A stretch of DNA of 64,000 nucleotides from Octopus vulgaris (lineage: Eukaryota), in contig OX597827.1 of assembly GCA_951406725.2 (NCBI GenBank), forward strand, positions 64,108,001-64,172,000, given 5' to 3'. The notes under the pieces were generated by a model. That model saw only the letters and a list, made by a program, of their open reading frames with translations, did no database searches and was not told the origin of the DNA. Shown piece by piece: positions 1 through 14,714 of the stretch. Both the position numbers and the translations under genes were made by a program. The number at the start of each line of letters is the position of its first letter. The stretch's first letter is position 1.

Positions 1-31
1 CCATTCGATTCACTTCAACATTTAAGTTTAA

Positions 32-264
32 TATATATATATATATATACACATACATACATACATATATATATATACATACATACATATATATATACAT
101 ACATATATATATATACATACATACATATATATACATACATACATATATATACATACATACATATATATATACATACATACATATATATATACATACATAC
201 ATATATATATATACATACATATATATATATACATACATACATATATATATACATACATACATAC

Positions 265-295
<31 letters not shown>

Positions 296-594
296 CATAC
301 ATACATATATATATACATATACATATACATACATACATATATATATATACATACATACATACATATATATATATATACATACATACATACATATATATAT
401 ATATACATACATACATACATATATATATATATACATACATACATATATATATACATACATACATATATATATATACATACATACATATATATATACATAC
501 ATACATATATATATACATACATACATATATATATACATACATACATATATATATACATACATACATATATATACATACATACATATATATATAC

Positions 595-625
<31 letters not shown>

Positions 626-626
626 C

Positions 627-659
<33 letters not shown>

Positions 660-737
660 CATACATATATATATATACATACATACATACATATATATAC
701 ATACATACATATATATATACATACATATATATATACA

Positions 738-773
<36 letters not shown>

Positions 774-972
774 TATATATACATACATATATATATATAT
801 ATATACATACATACATATATATATATACATACATACATATATATATACATACATATATATATACATACATACATATATATATATACATACATATATATAT
901 ATATATATACATACATATATATATATATATATATACATACATATATATATATACATACATACATATATATAT

Positions 973-1015
<43 letters not shown>

Positions 1016-1620
1016 CATATATATATATATATATACATACATATATATATATATATATACATACATACATATACATACATACATATATATATATACATAC
1101 ATATATATATATACATACATATATATATATATATATACATACATATATATATATATACATACATACATACATACATATATATATACATACATACATACAT
1201 ACATATATATATACATACATACATACATATATATATATATATACATACATATATATATATACATACATACATACATATATATATACATACATACATACAT
1301 ACATATATATATATATATACATACATACATACATATATATATACATACATACATACATATATATATGCATACATACATATATACATATATATACATACAT
1401 ACATATATACATATATATACATACATACATATATATATATATATACATACATACATATATATATATACATACATACATACATATATATATATACATACAT
1501 ACATACATACATATATATATATACATACATACATACATATATATATATACATACATACATACATATATATATATACATACATACATACATATATATACAT
1601 ACATACATACATATATATAC

Positions 1621-1675
<55 letters not shown>

Positions 1676-1700
1676 TATATACATATACACACACATATAT
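32..1700. repeat. compound (TA)n/(TACA)n microsatellite
   Basis: Direct reading. Confidence 0.98.
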
Positions 1701-1926
1701 ATGATCGTGTGTGTATATATTTGTGTGTCTGTGTTTGTCTCTCCAACATCGCTTGACAACCGATGCTCGTGTGTTTACATTCCCGTAACTTAGCAGTTCA
1801 GCAAAATAGACCGTTAAAATAAGTACCAAGCTTGCAAAGAATAAGTCTTGCGATCGATTTGCTCAACTAAAAGCAGTGCTCCGGCATGGTCGCAGTCAAA
1901 TGACTGAAACAAGTAAAAGAATAAAA

Positions 1927-1973
<47 letters not shown>

Positions 1974-1975
<2 letters not shown>

Positions 1976-2308
1976 CGCAGGAGTGACTGTGTGGTAAGTA
2001 GCTTGCTAACCAACCACATGGTCCGGGTTCAGTCCCACCAATGCCTTGTGAGTGGATTTGGTAGTCGGGAACTGAACGAAGCCTGTCGTATATATGTATA
2101 TATATATATATGTGTGTGTATGTCTGTGTTTGTCCCCCTGGTGTGTTTACGTCTCGGTCACTTAGCGGTTCGGCAAAACAGATCGATAGAATAAGTACTG
2201 GGCTTACAAAGAATAAGTCCCGGGGTCGATTTGCTTGACTAAAAGGCGGTGCTCCAGCATGGCCGCAGTCAAATGACTGAAACACGTAAAAGAGAGTAAA
2301 AGAGAGTA
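1974..2308 (+). mobile_element. SINE family B (tRNA-like head, internal microsatellite, LINE-derived tail)
   Basis: GGCGCAGGAGTG.CTGTGTGGTAAG...GGTTCAGTCCC head and GACTGAAACA.GTAAAAGA tail. A 3' half copy lies at about 1720-1930. Confidence 0.85.
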
Positions 2309-2321
2309 TATACATTCATAC

Positions 2322-2352
<31 letters not shown>

Positions 2353-2378
2353 CATATATATATACATGTATATATATG

Positions 2379-2538
<160 letters not shown>

Positions 2539-3687
2539 GTATATATATATATATATATATTTGAAATACAGCGAGACAGTCTTATCTTCGTATTATTAGT
2601 AAGAGAGTAGTAGCAATATGAATACTTACTTATTTAAATACTGTCAGCTAGGTTTAAGGTTTGTCTGCAATAGCTTTTTCGTCGATTCAGGGTAGAGCTA
2701 GGCGAAACGATATAAAACATTCACAACTGAACGTTCATAGAGTAAGTAATACAGCGGCGTGTATCTAAAAGTACATCTATACACATGACCCGGTCGGTAC
2801 ACACGTGCACACTACACACTTCCTCATACACAAACACACTTCCTTATACACAAACACACACACACACATATGATGTCATTTTACATTATATGATATTGCA
2901 TTATAATATGTTAAATAAACTAAAATTACCATCCCGAAATACAAGGATGATTATTGATAAATATAGTTTATGTATGTTTCTATGAAAACACATTGGTATG
3001 TGTGTGTCTTTGTTAAAAAAAAGCCGATTGTATTTAGGAGAATAAAAGATAAAAACGCCCAGCATCTCGTCGGGATGTTTTGTATGAGTCGAATACTATT
3101 ATCGTGCTCTAAATAACTACTGTCAATTGTATAGATTGTCTATGTGTGTGTCTGCGTGGGAGTGCGTGTCTTTGTATGTATGAATGCATGTATGCATGTG
3201 CTTGAAGGTGTGTGTGTGTATATATAGAGGCGTGTCTGTCTGTCTGTCTGTCTATCTATCTCACTATATACAAGTATATATATATATTTATAAAAAAAGA
3301 AGTTTGAAAACGCCACTATATAAGATAAATTTAAATTTTAATGTGTTTTGAATAAAATAAACAACTGACCAGTGGCCGAAAGGACAGTAGCATCAGTGAT
3401 TGTTGGTCGTAGTAGCAGTAACCGTGGTGGTAGTGGTGGTGGTGGTGGTTGGAGTTGGAGCAGCTCATTGGCTGTAGTAGTAGTAGCAGCAGCGGTGGAT
3501 GGAGTTGGGGTGGCAGTTAATTGGCTGCTGTAGTAGCAGCGGCAGCAGGGGAAGAATCGTAGTAGTAAGAGAAGTGACCATGGTGGTTGTAGTAGTAGTA
3601 GTAGTAATAGTAGCAGCAGTAGTAGTGATCGTGGTGGTAGTGGTAGGATTCTATTTTTTTTTTTTTCGGAAGACTAATATATTGTTT

Positions 3688-4198
3688 TAATGTACCTGGC
3701 CCAGGGTGTTCAAACTTGGTTCGAATTTTCTAATAAAATAACATTCTTTATTTTGACATTGAGTGAAGGTTGTTGTCACTGAATTTGTAAAGTGTGAATG
3801 TTGTGAATTTGGGATTTTTATTTGAAGCACATCTATCTATGTGTCCGCCGACTGGTATTTTCCTGTATTCAGGATTCCTAATTTTGGATTTATGAACTGC
3901 CGTCCTTTTTCGTAGGCTGTATTTTGTATGGTCTATATACTGCCTATTGCACCCTGCGCATGTTAACACGTAAATTAAGTTTTCTGATGCACACAGGTGA
4001 AGTTTGTTCTGATGGTAAACTGATAGCCATGTTCTAATGTGAATTCTGAACCTTCTACTTAGATTACACAGATTCCGCAGTTTGGCTTTCCACATTTTCT
4101 AACTGCTGATTTTGTGGTTGTTGTTGAGTGCAGTTTAGCTTGGTTTAAAACCTTTTTTAAGGATTTTGGTTGCCGTTTACTTTTAATGATGGTGTGTG
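3688..4198 (-). mobile_element. Penelope-like element fragment with GIY-YIG endonuclease
   Basis: RQPKSLKKVL, C..PNCGIC, CASENLIYVLTCAGCNRQYIDHT..LRKR..H and FIRKFEPSLN; frameshifted. Confidence 0.85.
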
Positions 4199-4335
4199 TT
4201 TGGATTCGGTTCATGTATATATATATATATATATATATGTATCCCTTCTTTCCTGAGCGTCAATAATACTTTAATTGTTCCACGTCCTGCGTTGCTGTTT
4301 TTTTTCTCTTTTTTTCTGTGTTATCTTGTTTGGAT

Positions 4336-4385
<50 letters not shown>

Positions 4386-4571
4386 TGAGTGTGTTTTTAC
4401 CTTGTTAACAATTAACACGGAAAAAATAAATAAATAGTTACCAGGGCAGCAAAAATCTCACAAGTAAAGGTGTTGTAACTCCTTGTTTATAAAGGTAGAA
4501 ACTTCGTGTTTTGAATAATATGAATAAAAAAATGGAGTTTGATTACACCTGCGTTAACTCCATTTTTTTAT

Positions 4572-4608
<37 letters not shown>

Positions 4609-5270
4609 CTATATACATACATAGATTCCTTGGAAGAGAGCAAGCGAATGTATACGAAAACAAGGACGAAAAAAACCGGAGAAATGGTACACAATTACAA
4701 ATACAAACAACAGGTGTCTTTTGACTAAAGACGAATTAAATGCATATATCAGCACTGAATAATTGCATCGTTGCTCTTAGCGTAAATCGCTGCAAGAGGA
4801 ACGCTGTGTGTATCATGACAGCCGCTGCCCTCTCAACATGTATGGCATACTAAAGCCTGGAAAACTATTTTACGGAGTTGAGCTTATGATCAGGAATTCA
4901 GTTGCCTTGAGACTCAAAATCTTACCAAGTAACTCTCCATATAGCTCGCATTTCAAACCAAGCGACTTACTACACGCTTCATTGCACCCCGTGCTCTTGA
5001 AACTTCTTTCAGTTACAGAACCTCGTGTCAGTAGGGGTTGTTTTTTTTTGTTTTTTTCACACGTTCCATTTTCTTTCTGACAAAACTCTTGTTTCGGCTG
5101 CACGAAAAACGAAATTCATTGACTTCAGAAGATCAGAAGACAGAAACCTTAGGCTACCTTATACTCCCCTATATGCGGCAGTGCTACTCTGTTCACGTAA
5201 ATTGGTTTCATTGGTACAAGCTCAGCAATTGCGGGAGAGGGGTGTTGGTCGATTATATCGACCCCGTAAA

Positions 5271-5488
5271 GGCGGCGAGCTGGTAGAAACGTTAGCACGC
5301 CGGGCGAAATTCGTCTGTCGTTACGTTCCGAGTTCAAATTCCGCCGAGGTCGACTTTGCCTTTCATCCTTTCGGGGTCGATAAATTAAGTACCAGTTACG
5401 CACTGGGGTCGATGTAGTCGACTTAATCCCTTTGTCTGTCCTTGTTTGTCCCCTCTGTGTTTAGCCCCTTGTGGGTAGTAAAGAAATA
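5271..5488 (+). mobile_element. SINE family C (Nin/Deu-domain-like), inserted into an older antisense relative
   Basis: Core GCCTTTCATCCTTTCGGGGTCGATAAATTAAGTACCAG and 17-bp TSD TATATCGACCCCGTAAA. Confidence 0.85.
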
Positions 5489-5799
5489 TATATCGACCCC
5501 GTAAATTGAAGAGCAAAGTCAATCTCGACGGGATTTGAACTTGGAACACAAAGACGAGTGAAATGCCCGGCATGCTTAATGATTCTGCCTGCGCGCCACC
5601 TTTTCTCTTCGCTTGTGCTAATAGCATTTCATCCACCAGCAAGGCAAGAATGGTAACACCACACCTTAAAATCCCCTGCCAACCCACAGTTACCAATGGC
5701 AGTTAGTCCCTGTCTCAACTTCGTCTTAGTTGCTATAAATCTCTTGGCATAGATTAAGGGTTCTAAATGTGTGTTTCAGCAATCGTATGTATGTATTGT

Positions 5800-6305
5800 T
5801 GTTGTTGTTTGTTCCCTCTGGAGCCACACCTGGCTCATTAGAGCCGGTTTCCCGGTTTCCTTGGCGCATAGGTTCCCCAGGTGGGGAACCTATGCGGTCC
5901 GTCGTAGGTTGTGGCGAAAGAGTCAGCAGAAGTTTCGCCATTACCTTCTGCCGGAGCTGCGTGGAACACACACATCACCCGGTCTGAAATTCGAACCCGC
6001 GATCCCTCGACCGCTAGTCCGCTGCTCTAACCACTAGGCTATGAGCCTCCACTAATGTTCCTTCTCGAGCCATGCCAGGCTTATAAGGGCCGGTTTCCCG
6101 GTTTCAGTGGCGTACAAATTCCCCACCCGGACGGGACGCCAGTCTATCGCAGCGTTACTCATTTTTGCCAGCTGAGTGGACTGGAACAACGTGAAATGAA
6201 GTGTTTTGCTCAAGAACACAACGCATCGCCCTGTCTAGGGATCGAAACCACAACGTTACGATCATGTGAGTTCAACACCCTAACCACTAAGCCACGCGCC
6301 TCCAC
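5800..6305 (-). mobile_element. two adjacent tRNA-derived SINEs related to family A (about 5800-6051 and 6057-6305)
   Basis: Reverse-strand GTGGAGGC..TAGTGGTTAG heads with B boxes; shared GAAACCGGGAAACCGG tail motif. Confidence 0.75.
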
Positions 6306-6381
6306 TTATGTATGTATTGAGATGCTTTATTTTAAATGAGAAATACGTAGCAATTGGAATTTCTGTTTAATTCTATTTGTA

Positions 6382-6482
6382 GAGTAATTACATATCAAAA
6401 CAAAAGACTGGAAAAATTTGGTATGGAATTATAATTCCATACCAAATTTTTCCAGTCTTTTGTTTTGAATATGTAATTACTC
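6382..6482. repeat. near-perfect 100-bp loopless palindrome
   Basis: Centre GGAATTA|TAATTCC at 6431/6432, one 1-nt bulge. Confidence 0.95.
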
Positions 6483-6983
6483 GGTATGTTTATAATGCCA
6501 TGTGAAGCCGCATGGCTCAGTGGTTAGAGCGTCGGGCTCACAATCATGAGTTTGTGCGTTCGATTCCCGGACCGAGCTGCGTATTGTGCTCTTGCTCTTG
6601 CTCTTGTTCTTGAGCGATACACTTTATTTCATGTTGCTCCAGTTCACTCAGCTGTAGAAACGAGTTGCAACGTCACTGGTGTCAAACTGTTACAGCCTTT
6701 TCTTTTCTCTTGAATGCTATCGGTGTCATGGTATGCTTGGGTGACTGCTATTGATATAAGCTAGCTTTCTTAATTTGCATTGATTTGTGAAGTTGTGAAG
6801 ATTCAATTGCATTGTATACTGCGTCGCATGTATATTAATGCAAACATGTAAGTATAATTTCTTCCACATTGAAATTATTATTACATGGAGAAGGTTGTGA
6901 AACGGCCGTAACCCTAAGGTTGTACCATAGTTAAATAAATAAATATATATTCACTTCTCATACTTCCTGATCTGTATGGTTTA

Positions 6984-7420
6984 CGAGGCATTATCAAAAG
7001 TTTCCCGGACTAGTTATGTTTAATAAAAAATAACTTATTTATCTAAGTTTTCGCAGCAACTCCTTGGAAATAGTCACCTTGTGCAGCAATACAACGGCCC
7101 CAGCGTTCCTGCCACATTTGGAATCCGGCCTGGAAATTGTTTTCCGTAAGCAAGTCGAGTACCTTCTGCAATTTGCTCTGGATCTCGACAACGGTGTTAA
7201 AATAGCGACATTTGAGCTGCATTTTCCTCTTGGGGAAGAGACGCAAGTACTAAAGCTGGTGAAAAGGGGGGGTGCGGAAGCGATGCCATGTTGTTTTTTT
7301 TTTAGCGAGAAACTCATGAGTGATAGGGTCATTGTCGACGTGAAGAATCCAATTCTCCGCGTTCCACGATCCGGTCGCTTTCGTCAAATGTTCTCCCTCA
7401 AAACATAGCAGTAGAACTTC
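6984..7420 (-). mobile_element. mariner transposon remnant (C-terminus and TIR)
   Basis: TA|CGAGG...AAAAGTTTCC terminus. FQMWQERWGRCIAAQGDYF is the mariner C-terminal motif. Confidence 0.8.
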
Positions 7421-7421
7421 C

Positions 7422-8030
7422 GGATCTTTACCTTTTGACCTACAGATTTAAAAAATAATTTTTTGTAACTAAACACTTTCAAACTTCGTATACTGGTAGA
7501 ATCTGTCATATGAAACATCTTTTACTCTTAGCGTTTTTGAGAAAAACTTATATTTACGAAGTTATTTCACGTTAAAGTTCTCGTATTTCGGTAATTTCAA
7601 CCAATCAGTGACGTGTATTCAGCTGAATAAAATTACTACTGTTGTTTGTCAGCAAGAACTTCCAGCGGCATATATTTCGTTTGTCACTGTTATTTATGAC
7701 AACCCTAACCCTAAAACTCTAGCCCTAACCCTAAAACCCTAACCTTAAAACCAGTACAAACGCACGAACGATGTCATAAATGACCGCAGATAGTTGTTGT
7801 TGACAAACAACGGCAGTGATTTTATTCAGCTGAATATACGTCATTGATTGGTTGAAATTACCGAAATACGAGAACTTTAACGTAAAATATCTTAGTACAT
7901 ATAAGTTTTTCTCAAAAATACTTAGAGTAAAAGATGTTTTATATGACACATTCTACCAGTGTCCGAAGTTTGAAAGTGTTTAGTTACAAAAAATTATTTG
8001 TTAAATCTGTCGGTCAAAAGGTAAAGATTC
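7422..8030. mobile_element. related foldback MITE with about 240-bp inverted arms and a central CCCTAA-like tract
   Basis: GGATCTTTACCTTTTGACC ... GGTCAAAAGGTAAAGATTC. Shares internal blocks with 60345-60768. No TSD seen. Confidence 0.8.
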
Positions 8031-8100
8031 AAATGCTTAGCGGCATTTCGTCCGTTTTTACGTTTTGAGTTACCAACAAAAGAAAAGAAAACTAAAGCAA

Positions 8101-8121
8101 TTTATTTATGTAAACTTTATT
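8101..8121 (-). promoter_or_regulatory. candidate Vax polyadenylation signals (two AATAAA)
   Basis: TTTATT at 8101-8106 and 8116-8121, about 410-430 nt downstream of the stop. The AT-rich context weakens this. Confidence 0.3.
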
Positions 8122-8530
8122 TCATTATAAATGAGCTATTTCGATATTTTGAAATGGTTGAACCATTTCATAAAACCACTGAAAATTTTATACAGTCAAG
8201 TTATCGTTTAGACCCAGGTCAATCCCGATTGAGAGGACCTGCGATCAAATGTATTTCAACCGTGACCATCTCGTCTTATCTGTCTTTTTTTCCTATGTGT
8301 AGGAAATCCAGGATTACATTATCAATCAAATGTGGTTTTTTTTTCTAAGTGAGGAAGATGTGATTTGAGGGAGATTTGACTGTCATTCCTAACAAGATCG
8401 GTAACCACATAGAGACTCTCACGCTGTATCTGTTATGAAACCGATAAAATTCCGTTTCCTCACAAATATTTGCAACTCTGCTGTCACCATCACCAAACGA
8501 TATTATATCGTACTTAATGTTTGACCTGAT

Positions 8531-8737
8531 TTAAAGCTGAGTCATGCCTGAGATGGAATAAAACGGCGTGTATTGCTGATAAGATAGCAAACCATAGCAG
8601 TTACATGGCGGTTGACTTGACGGTTGTAAATATTTTAATAAATTATCGGCAGGAAACAAATCTTTCGCCATATCCATAGTTTCTCGGCATTTGTCACGCT
8701 TAGATTTGGTTCTTCGGTTCTGAAACCATACTTTCAC
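8531..8737 (-). CDS. Vax: Vax coding exon 3: VKVWFQNRRTKSKRDK...SGMTQL*
   Basis: Acceptor (T)n-AATTACAG at 8738-8739, phase 0, with the classic Q|V intron position. Contains recognition helix WFQNRR. Stop TAA at 8533-8531. Confidence 0.93.
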   Translation of the reverse strand: MKVWFQNRRTKSKRDKCRETMDMAKDLFPADNLLKYLQPSSQPPCNCYGLLSYQQYTPFYSISGMTQL

Positions 8738-9047
8738 CTGTAATTAAAAACATTTTTTTTTTTAAAGTTGATGTTGATAACTAAATAAAAAAAAAAAAAA
8801 AAACAAAGAAAAAATACGAAAGAAATGAGAAACAAGTTTAAAAAACACACACACAAAAAAAGAAATATCTGAGTCGGTGACTTGCCTAGCAAGTAACTTG
8901 GTCTGATACCGAATTGTTGGCAGGTCAATTGTAAAGAATCTATTCAGATGAAACCATTAGTATTCTTGTTAACGCACAAAGGATATTTATCCTCCAGTGC
9001 AGTGTTGAGCACTCACTGTCACTGCTCTATATTAACGTCTATATATA

Positions 9048-9120
<73 letters not shown>

Positions 9121-9621
9121 AAATTAGGGTAAATGTTTTTAATTTTCCTTTGATTTCTGAATTACTACTATTTAGCGGTTTGAGTTTAGCTGCTCGTTTT
9201 AGTGAGTTGAATGGCCTATTAAGGCCATTCCTTAATATTATCGTTAAATGTACATTATATAGTCTGTTGACTATTTTTTCTTTCTCACTAGACCGCTGGT
9301 GGCGAAAAAATTTCTATTGAATTTTTTGCTACCCTTATATTGATTGATATATATATATATATATTATATTAAATTAGAGATAAAACCACTATTAGGCAAA
9401 TCAAACAATGAAAAACTTAAGCCAATACATAAAATTAATTAATTAATATTATTTTAAATATATATCAAAAGTATTAAAAGTTTAATAAAAGATAATGAGT
9501 AAAACACTACGATCGTTTCATGGCTGTCCAATTCGTAATAATTCTAGTTATTGTTACAGTCAATCTTCAGGTAATTGAAATATCAGACTCTATATATATA
9601 TAATATATATACATACGTATA

Positions 9622-9684
<63 letters not shown>

Positions 9685-10458
9685 ATATGTGGGCACAGGA
9701 CGTCACGAAACGTGTACAACAAAAATACGAAGTACAAGTACATTGAATATGAACTATTTTTTTGAACAACAAAAGACACAAATGGAAAACAAGACAAACA
9801 ACATAAAGAATGACCCATCATCAGTTGTTGACTGTTTTTTCTATTATCTTCGTTTTTGTATTTGGTATGCAAGATTCTTTATGTGAGTTCGAGTGTTGAA
9901 GCATATTTTGTTGTGTCTGGGGAGAGTCATTGTCTTTTTGTGAATTATTATTTAGCACCACTCATTGTTTCAGTTTCCAGTCATTTCTTTATTTTTGCTA
10001 AAATTTTCATTGCTTTTTGTAACCTTTTCAATAGTCGACTAAATGAGAGGAAACTGAACCCGTGGGTGTGTCAAATAATAATGCACAAAAAGAGAATGAC
10101 TCTCCTCAGACACAACAAAAAAAAAATATATAATATTTATTTTTATTTTTTAATAGCATAAATGTTACACTTTAGTTTAGAGATCTTGTAAGTTTTTGTT
10201 AACTTTGGGTGGGGAGACTTAAAAAAAATTCCTTGTTAACTTTAAAAAAAATCTCCCCACCCAAGTTAACAAAGAATTTGCTAGATCTCTGAAACAGTTC
10301 TATATTTAAGAGATGAGGAATTATGTACATTCGACCGATCTTTGTCCTCATCTTGTTTGTTGTTAACACAACGTTCCGGCTGATATACCCGCCAGCCTTC
10401 TTCAGGTGTCTTGGGGTAAATTTCGAACCTGGGTTCTCATTCCTAAGGTATTTTTCGA

Positions 10459-10502
<44 letters not shown>

Positions 10503-11104
10503 TCACTGCTTGGAATCGAACTCGGAATCTTGAGGTTAGTAGCCCGCGCTCTTAACCACTACACCATATGGAGTGAATTTTAGGGCTTATAAATCTAATA
10601 TTTTTCTATCTTTCCTTAATACCGGTTCCCATATTGCTGCTCATATCTGCTTAAGAGGTTGTTGTGTCCTAGTATATGTGCTGCTTCTTTTAGTTTTCGT
10701 ATTTTCGTATTTAACTTCATCACCTGTGGGATGAAGTTAAAATAATACACAGAGAACATCACTGGAAAATACGAAAACTAAAAGAGGCAGCACATATGCT
10801 AGGACACGACAACCTCCTAAGCAGACCGAGTGTAGATGTGTGCAGCATATGGGAACCGGCATTAAGGAAGTATTGTTTGCCTTCAAGTTATGACAAATAA
10901 TACAAGATGATGGTTCTTACTTTGACCTTGTATTTCAATATTTTGGGGTTAGACCACCTTCTTCAGGAAATCTTTGGTGAAAGGGCGCTGTGAGCTGACT
11001 TCTCTCTTTTGTAGAAAAAAAGAGCCTTAACCCTAAAATATTTCTTATAACATGCATCTATCTACCAGTCTGTCAGCGTGCGTGCGTGCATGTGCGTGTG
11101 CGTC

Positions 11105-11710
11105 TTTGTATCTGTGTTTTTCCCCACTACTGCTTGACAAGTGGTGTTGGTGTGTTTACGTCCCCGTAACTTAGCGGTTCGGCAAAGAGATCAAGCGAAT
11201 AAGTACCAGGCTTGAAAAAAGAAGTACTGGGGTCGATTTAATTGACTAAAATTCCTCAAGGCACTGCCCCACCATGGCCGCAGTCAGATGACTGAAACAA
11301 GTAAAAGATAAAAAATAAAAAGATGCTGTGTGGTAAGTAGCTTGCTTAACAACCACATGGTCCCGGGTTCAGACCCACTGCGTGGCACCTTGGGCAAGTA
11401 TCTTCTACTATAGCCTCGGGCCGACCAATGCTTTGTGAGTGGATTTGGTAGACGGAAACTGAAAGAAGCCTGTCGTATATGTATAGGTATGTGTGTGCAT
11501 AAGTTTGTATGTCTGTTTGTACCCCCAACATCGCTTCACAACCGATGCTGGTTTGTTTATGCCCTCGTAACTTAGCGGTTCGGCAAAAGTGACCGATAGA
11601 ATAAGTACTAGGCTTACAAAGACTAAGTCTTTGGGTCGATTTGCTCGACTAAAGGTGGTGCTCCAGCATGGCCACAGTCAAATGACTTAAACAAGTAAAA
11701 GAGTAAAAGT
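11105..11710 (+). mobile_element. SINE family B: 3' half followed by a near full-length copy
   Basis: Homology to the other copies. Confidence 0.85.
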
Positions 11711-12010
11711 ACGCTAATATCGAGCAGGTTTTTCATTAGCTTTGTATAAAGCCAAAACCATGCACGTTATAAGAAATAATATTTCAGAGTTTGGACCCGT
11801 TTTTCTACAGAACAGGGGAGTCAGCTCACAATGCCCTTTCTCCCAAAATTTCATGAAGAAGGTGGTCTAACCCCAGAATATTGAATTACAAAGTCAAAGG
11901 ACAAAATGTCAACTTGTATTATTTCTTATAAGTGACAATGATGTGGCTTCATAAAAATATAATCAACACACACACACAAACACACACACACATACACACA
12001 CACAGCCGCC

Positions 12011-12044
<34 letters not shown>

Positions 12045-12183
12045 TACATGTAGAGCTTTTTCTGAGTTCCTACCAACCAAATTTACTTAGGGGGCATTGG
12101 TCAGCTCGGAGCTCTTGCACACACACGCCAAACTATACTTCGTGCAAAACTATACTACTTCAACTAACATATGTACATACACA

Positions 12184-12217
<34 letters not shown>

Positions 12218-12626
12218 TATACATACATATACACACACACGCATACATACATACATGCATACATACATACATACATACATACATACATACATACATACTT
12301 TTCTACTCTAGGCACAAGGCCCGAAACTTTTGGGGAGGGGGCGGCCAGTCGATTAGATCGAACCTAGTACGCAAATGGTACTTAATTTATCGACCCCGAA
12401 AGGATGAAAAGCAAAGTCGACCTCGATTGAATTTGAACTCAGAACGTAAAGAAAGACGAAATACTGCTACACATTTCGCCGGCGTTCTAACATTTCTGCC
12501 AGCTCGCATACCATTAAGGAAAAGCCAGTCAATTGTCAAAAAAACAAGCGGACAGCTATGGTTATAAGTTTCTGCCACAATAGACATCATCAATATATAC
12601 GTAGATTGAAAAGTATAATAGCTTAC

Positions 12627-12814
12627 TTGTGTTTCTGTCAGACAAAGACGTTTTGCAAGTTGAGATCTCTCTTTGCCAACCATATATTGTTTTCGTTGGA
12701 ACTCTTCTTCCAGGAAATACAGCTGTTCTTTAGAAAAAGTAGTTCGAGATCTTTTAGGCCGGTCCAGGTCGAGTGCTTTAGGGAAGACGAGTTCTCGTAT
12801 TACACCATTGGCGT
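12627..12814 (-). CDS. Vax: Vax coding exon 2: (D)[62 protein letters not shown]
   Basis: 188-nt exon with acceptor TTTTCCTTGCAG and donor GTAAGC. It carries the Vax-specific [13 protein letters not shown] pre-homeodomain motif and homeodomain helices 1-2. Confidence 0.95.
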
Positions 12815-12901
12815 CTGCAAGGAAAAGAAGGTATTTATTTATTCATTTATTTCTTTGGAGCTATTTAGGTTGCAGTTGTTAGAAAATGGCGTCGTCGATA
12901 T

Positions 12902-13220
12902 TTCTTTTTCTTTTTGCGCCCTTTTCAAGCATAGCCAGGCTCATGGGCCCGGTTTCCCGGTTTCTGTGGCGTATGTGTCCCCCCCACCCCAGCTGGACGG
13001 GACGCCAGTCCACCGCAGTTACTCAAGAAACAAGAAGAGAGAGTGAGAGAAAGTTGTGGGGCGAAAGAGTACAAAGGGGTCGCCCACCTCCTACCAGAGC
13101 CTCGTGGAGCTTTAGGTGTTTTCGCTCAATAAACACACACAACGCCCGGTCTGGGAATCGAAACCGCGATCCTCCGACCGCGAGTCCGCTGCCCTAACCA
13201 CTGGGCCATTGCGCATCCAC
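12902..13220 (-). mobile_element. SINE family A head with a third type of tail, 87 bp from the Vax exon 2 acceptor
   Basis: 12-bp TSD CGTCGTCGATAT. The tail is shared with 6057-6305. Confidence 0.85.
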
Positions 13221-13629
13221 CGTCGTCGATATGGCGTGGTATAGTTTGTATGGAGTGATACAGTGGCTGATCATTCTCAATTCGGAAGAGAAATATGAAA
13301 TGGATTGATAAGTATATAGCAATATGAAAAGTATCATTAAATAGAATATATTTCATCCAGTTTTTGTTGCAACGTTGTGACTCATGTACTCCAGTGACTC
13401 TGAGAGCTATGCCTCACTGGGGCACGAACTCCTGATATTGCCTTCCATGTTGAATAGGTCAAAGGATAGGCGTCAGACTCATATGCGCCACCTCTCCCCA
13501 GTAGTAAAAATGAGTCTGCGGTGGGCCAACATCCTTACTTAGACACTCCCCCCCCCCCAGAGTTATCGAAACATCGCCAACATCGAACTAGACTTGAGAC
13601 AGGAAAGCCTTCTGTCAGGGAAATGTATA

Positions 13630-14179
13630 ATTACATGGAAAAATGCGAGCATGAAAAGTCATATTCTTAAGACTATATACTTGGAAAAGTACAGGACAAG
13701 TTATTACACCTGTAAAAGTATAGGACAAATTATTACACCTGTAAAAGTATTGGACAAGCTATTACTTCTAGTAAAGTAAAGAATAAGAAAACCTTTTACT
13801 TAAAATATTGCAGCAAAGAATGCCAGTTCTTCTAATTTATCATTCTTTACAGTTCTCATTTTAAAAATTTATTGTACAAAACTATTTAGCTAATTTCTAA
13901 GTTTGTCTAATTAGTCATTTTTTTCTGTATTTAGGTAGTAAATTAGACGAATTCTACTCAAATAAGCATAGTGTTATTTGCAAACTATAATAAAATAAGG
14001 TTTAATATTCAAATTTTAATTTTAGCTGCAATATTTTTATTAAAAAGTTTCTTATTCTTTACTTTACTAGAAATAATAGCTTGTCTTATACTTTTAAAGG
14101 TGTAATAACTTGTCTTGTACTTTTCCAGGTTTATAATCTTAAGGATATGACTTATCATGCTTGCATTTTTCCATGTAAT
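13630..14179. repeat. foldback element with internally repetitive inverted arms
   Basis: 13630-13815 is the reverse complement of about 14025-14179. Confidence 0.75.
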
Positions 14180-14714
14180 CCATGATTTTTCCAGGCATTG
14201 CTGTTATAAGATAATTAATAATTAATAATTTAAGATTCTACCTTATAAAATACTGAAAGATAATATTTCAATTTCTCCATGTAAGTGATGATAATATTTC
14301 AATTTTTTTCGTGTTTAATTTAAATATATGTTTTGATTGAATTATTTGATATTACCCATCCACACCAATTTAATAGTGGAGAATTTAACCATCTTCTTGG
14401 TTGCACCATGGCTCAACAAAAGTTACAAACAACAAGACCCCAAAACCATTAGTTATTCATCAGTTACCAGGCTCAGCAGTAAAACGCGCATATTTCGCCC
14501 TGCTTATGCTTAATTTTTTCCTGCTCGCCGCCATTGGTACAGAATTTGATCCTGCTTCGTTTTGGGTTTGTTTTAGGAAAATTTGAAATGGAAATAGAGT
14601 AAGCCACGGAGAATTGATATTCCTCTAATGTTGCCATACTAGTGATTTCTTTTCATTGAGCACTGTGCTCGCCCGTTTTTTTATTAATTCATAGAGACTA
14701 CATTTCTTCGTCAT

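Noticed and set aside
15-1829. Long YI/YVCM/HTYI-type ORFs here and in other microsatellites
   Set aside because: Translation artefacts of (TA)n and (TACA)n, which lack stop codons.
12627-12814. Emx or Not identity for the homeobox
   Set aside because: LDLDRPKR and the upstream DYCR motif are characteristic of Vax.
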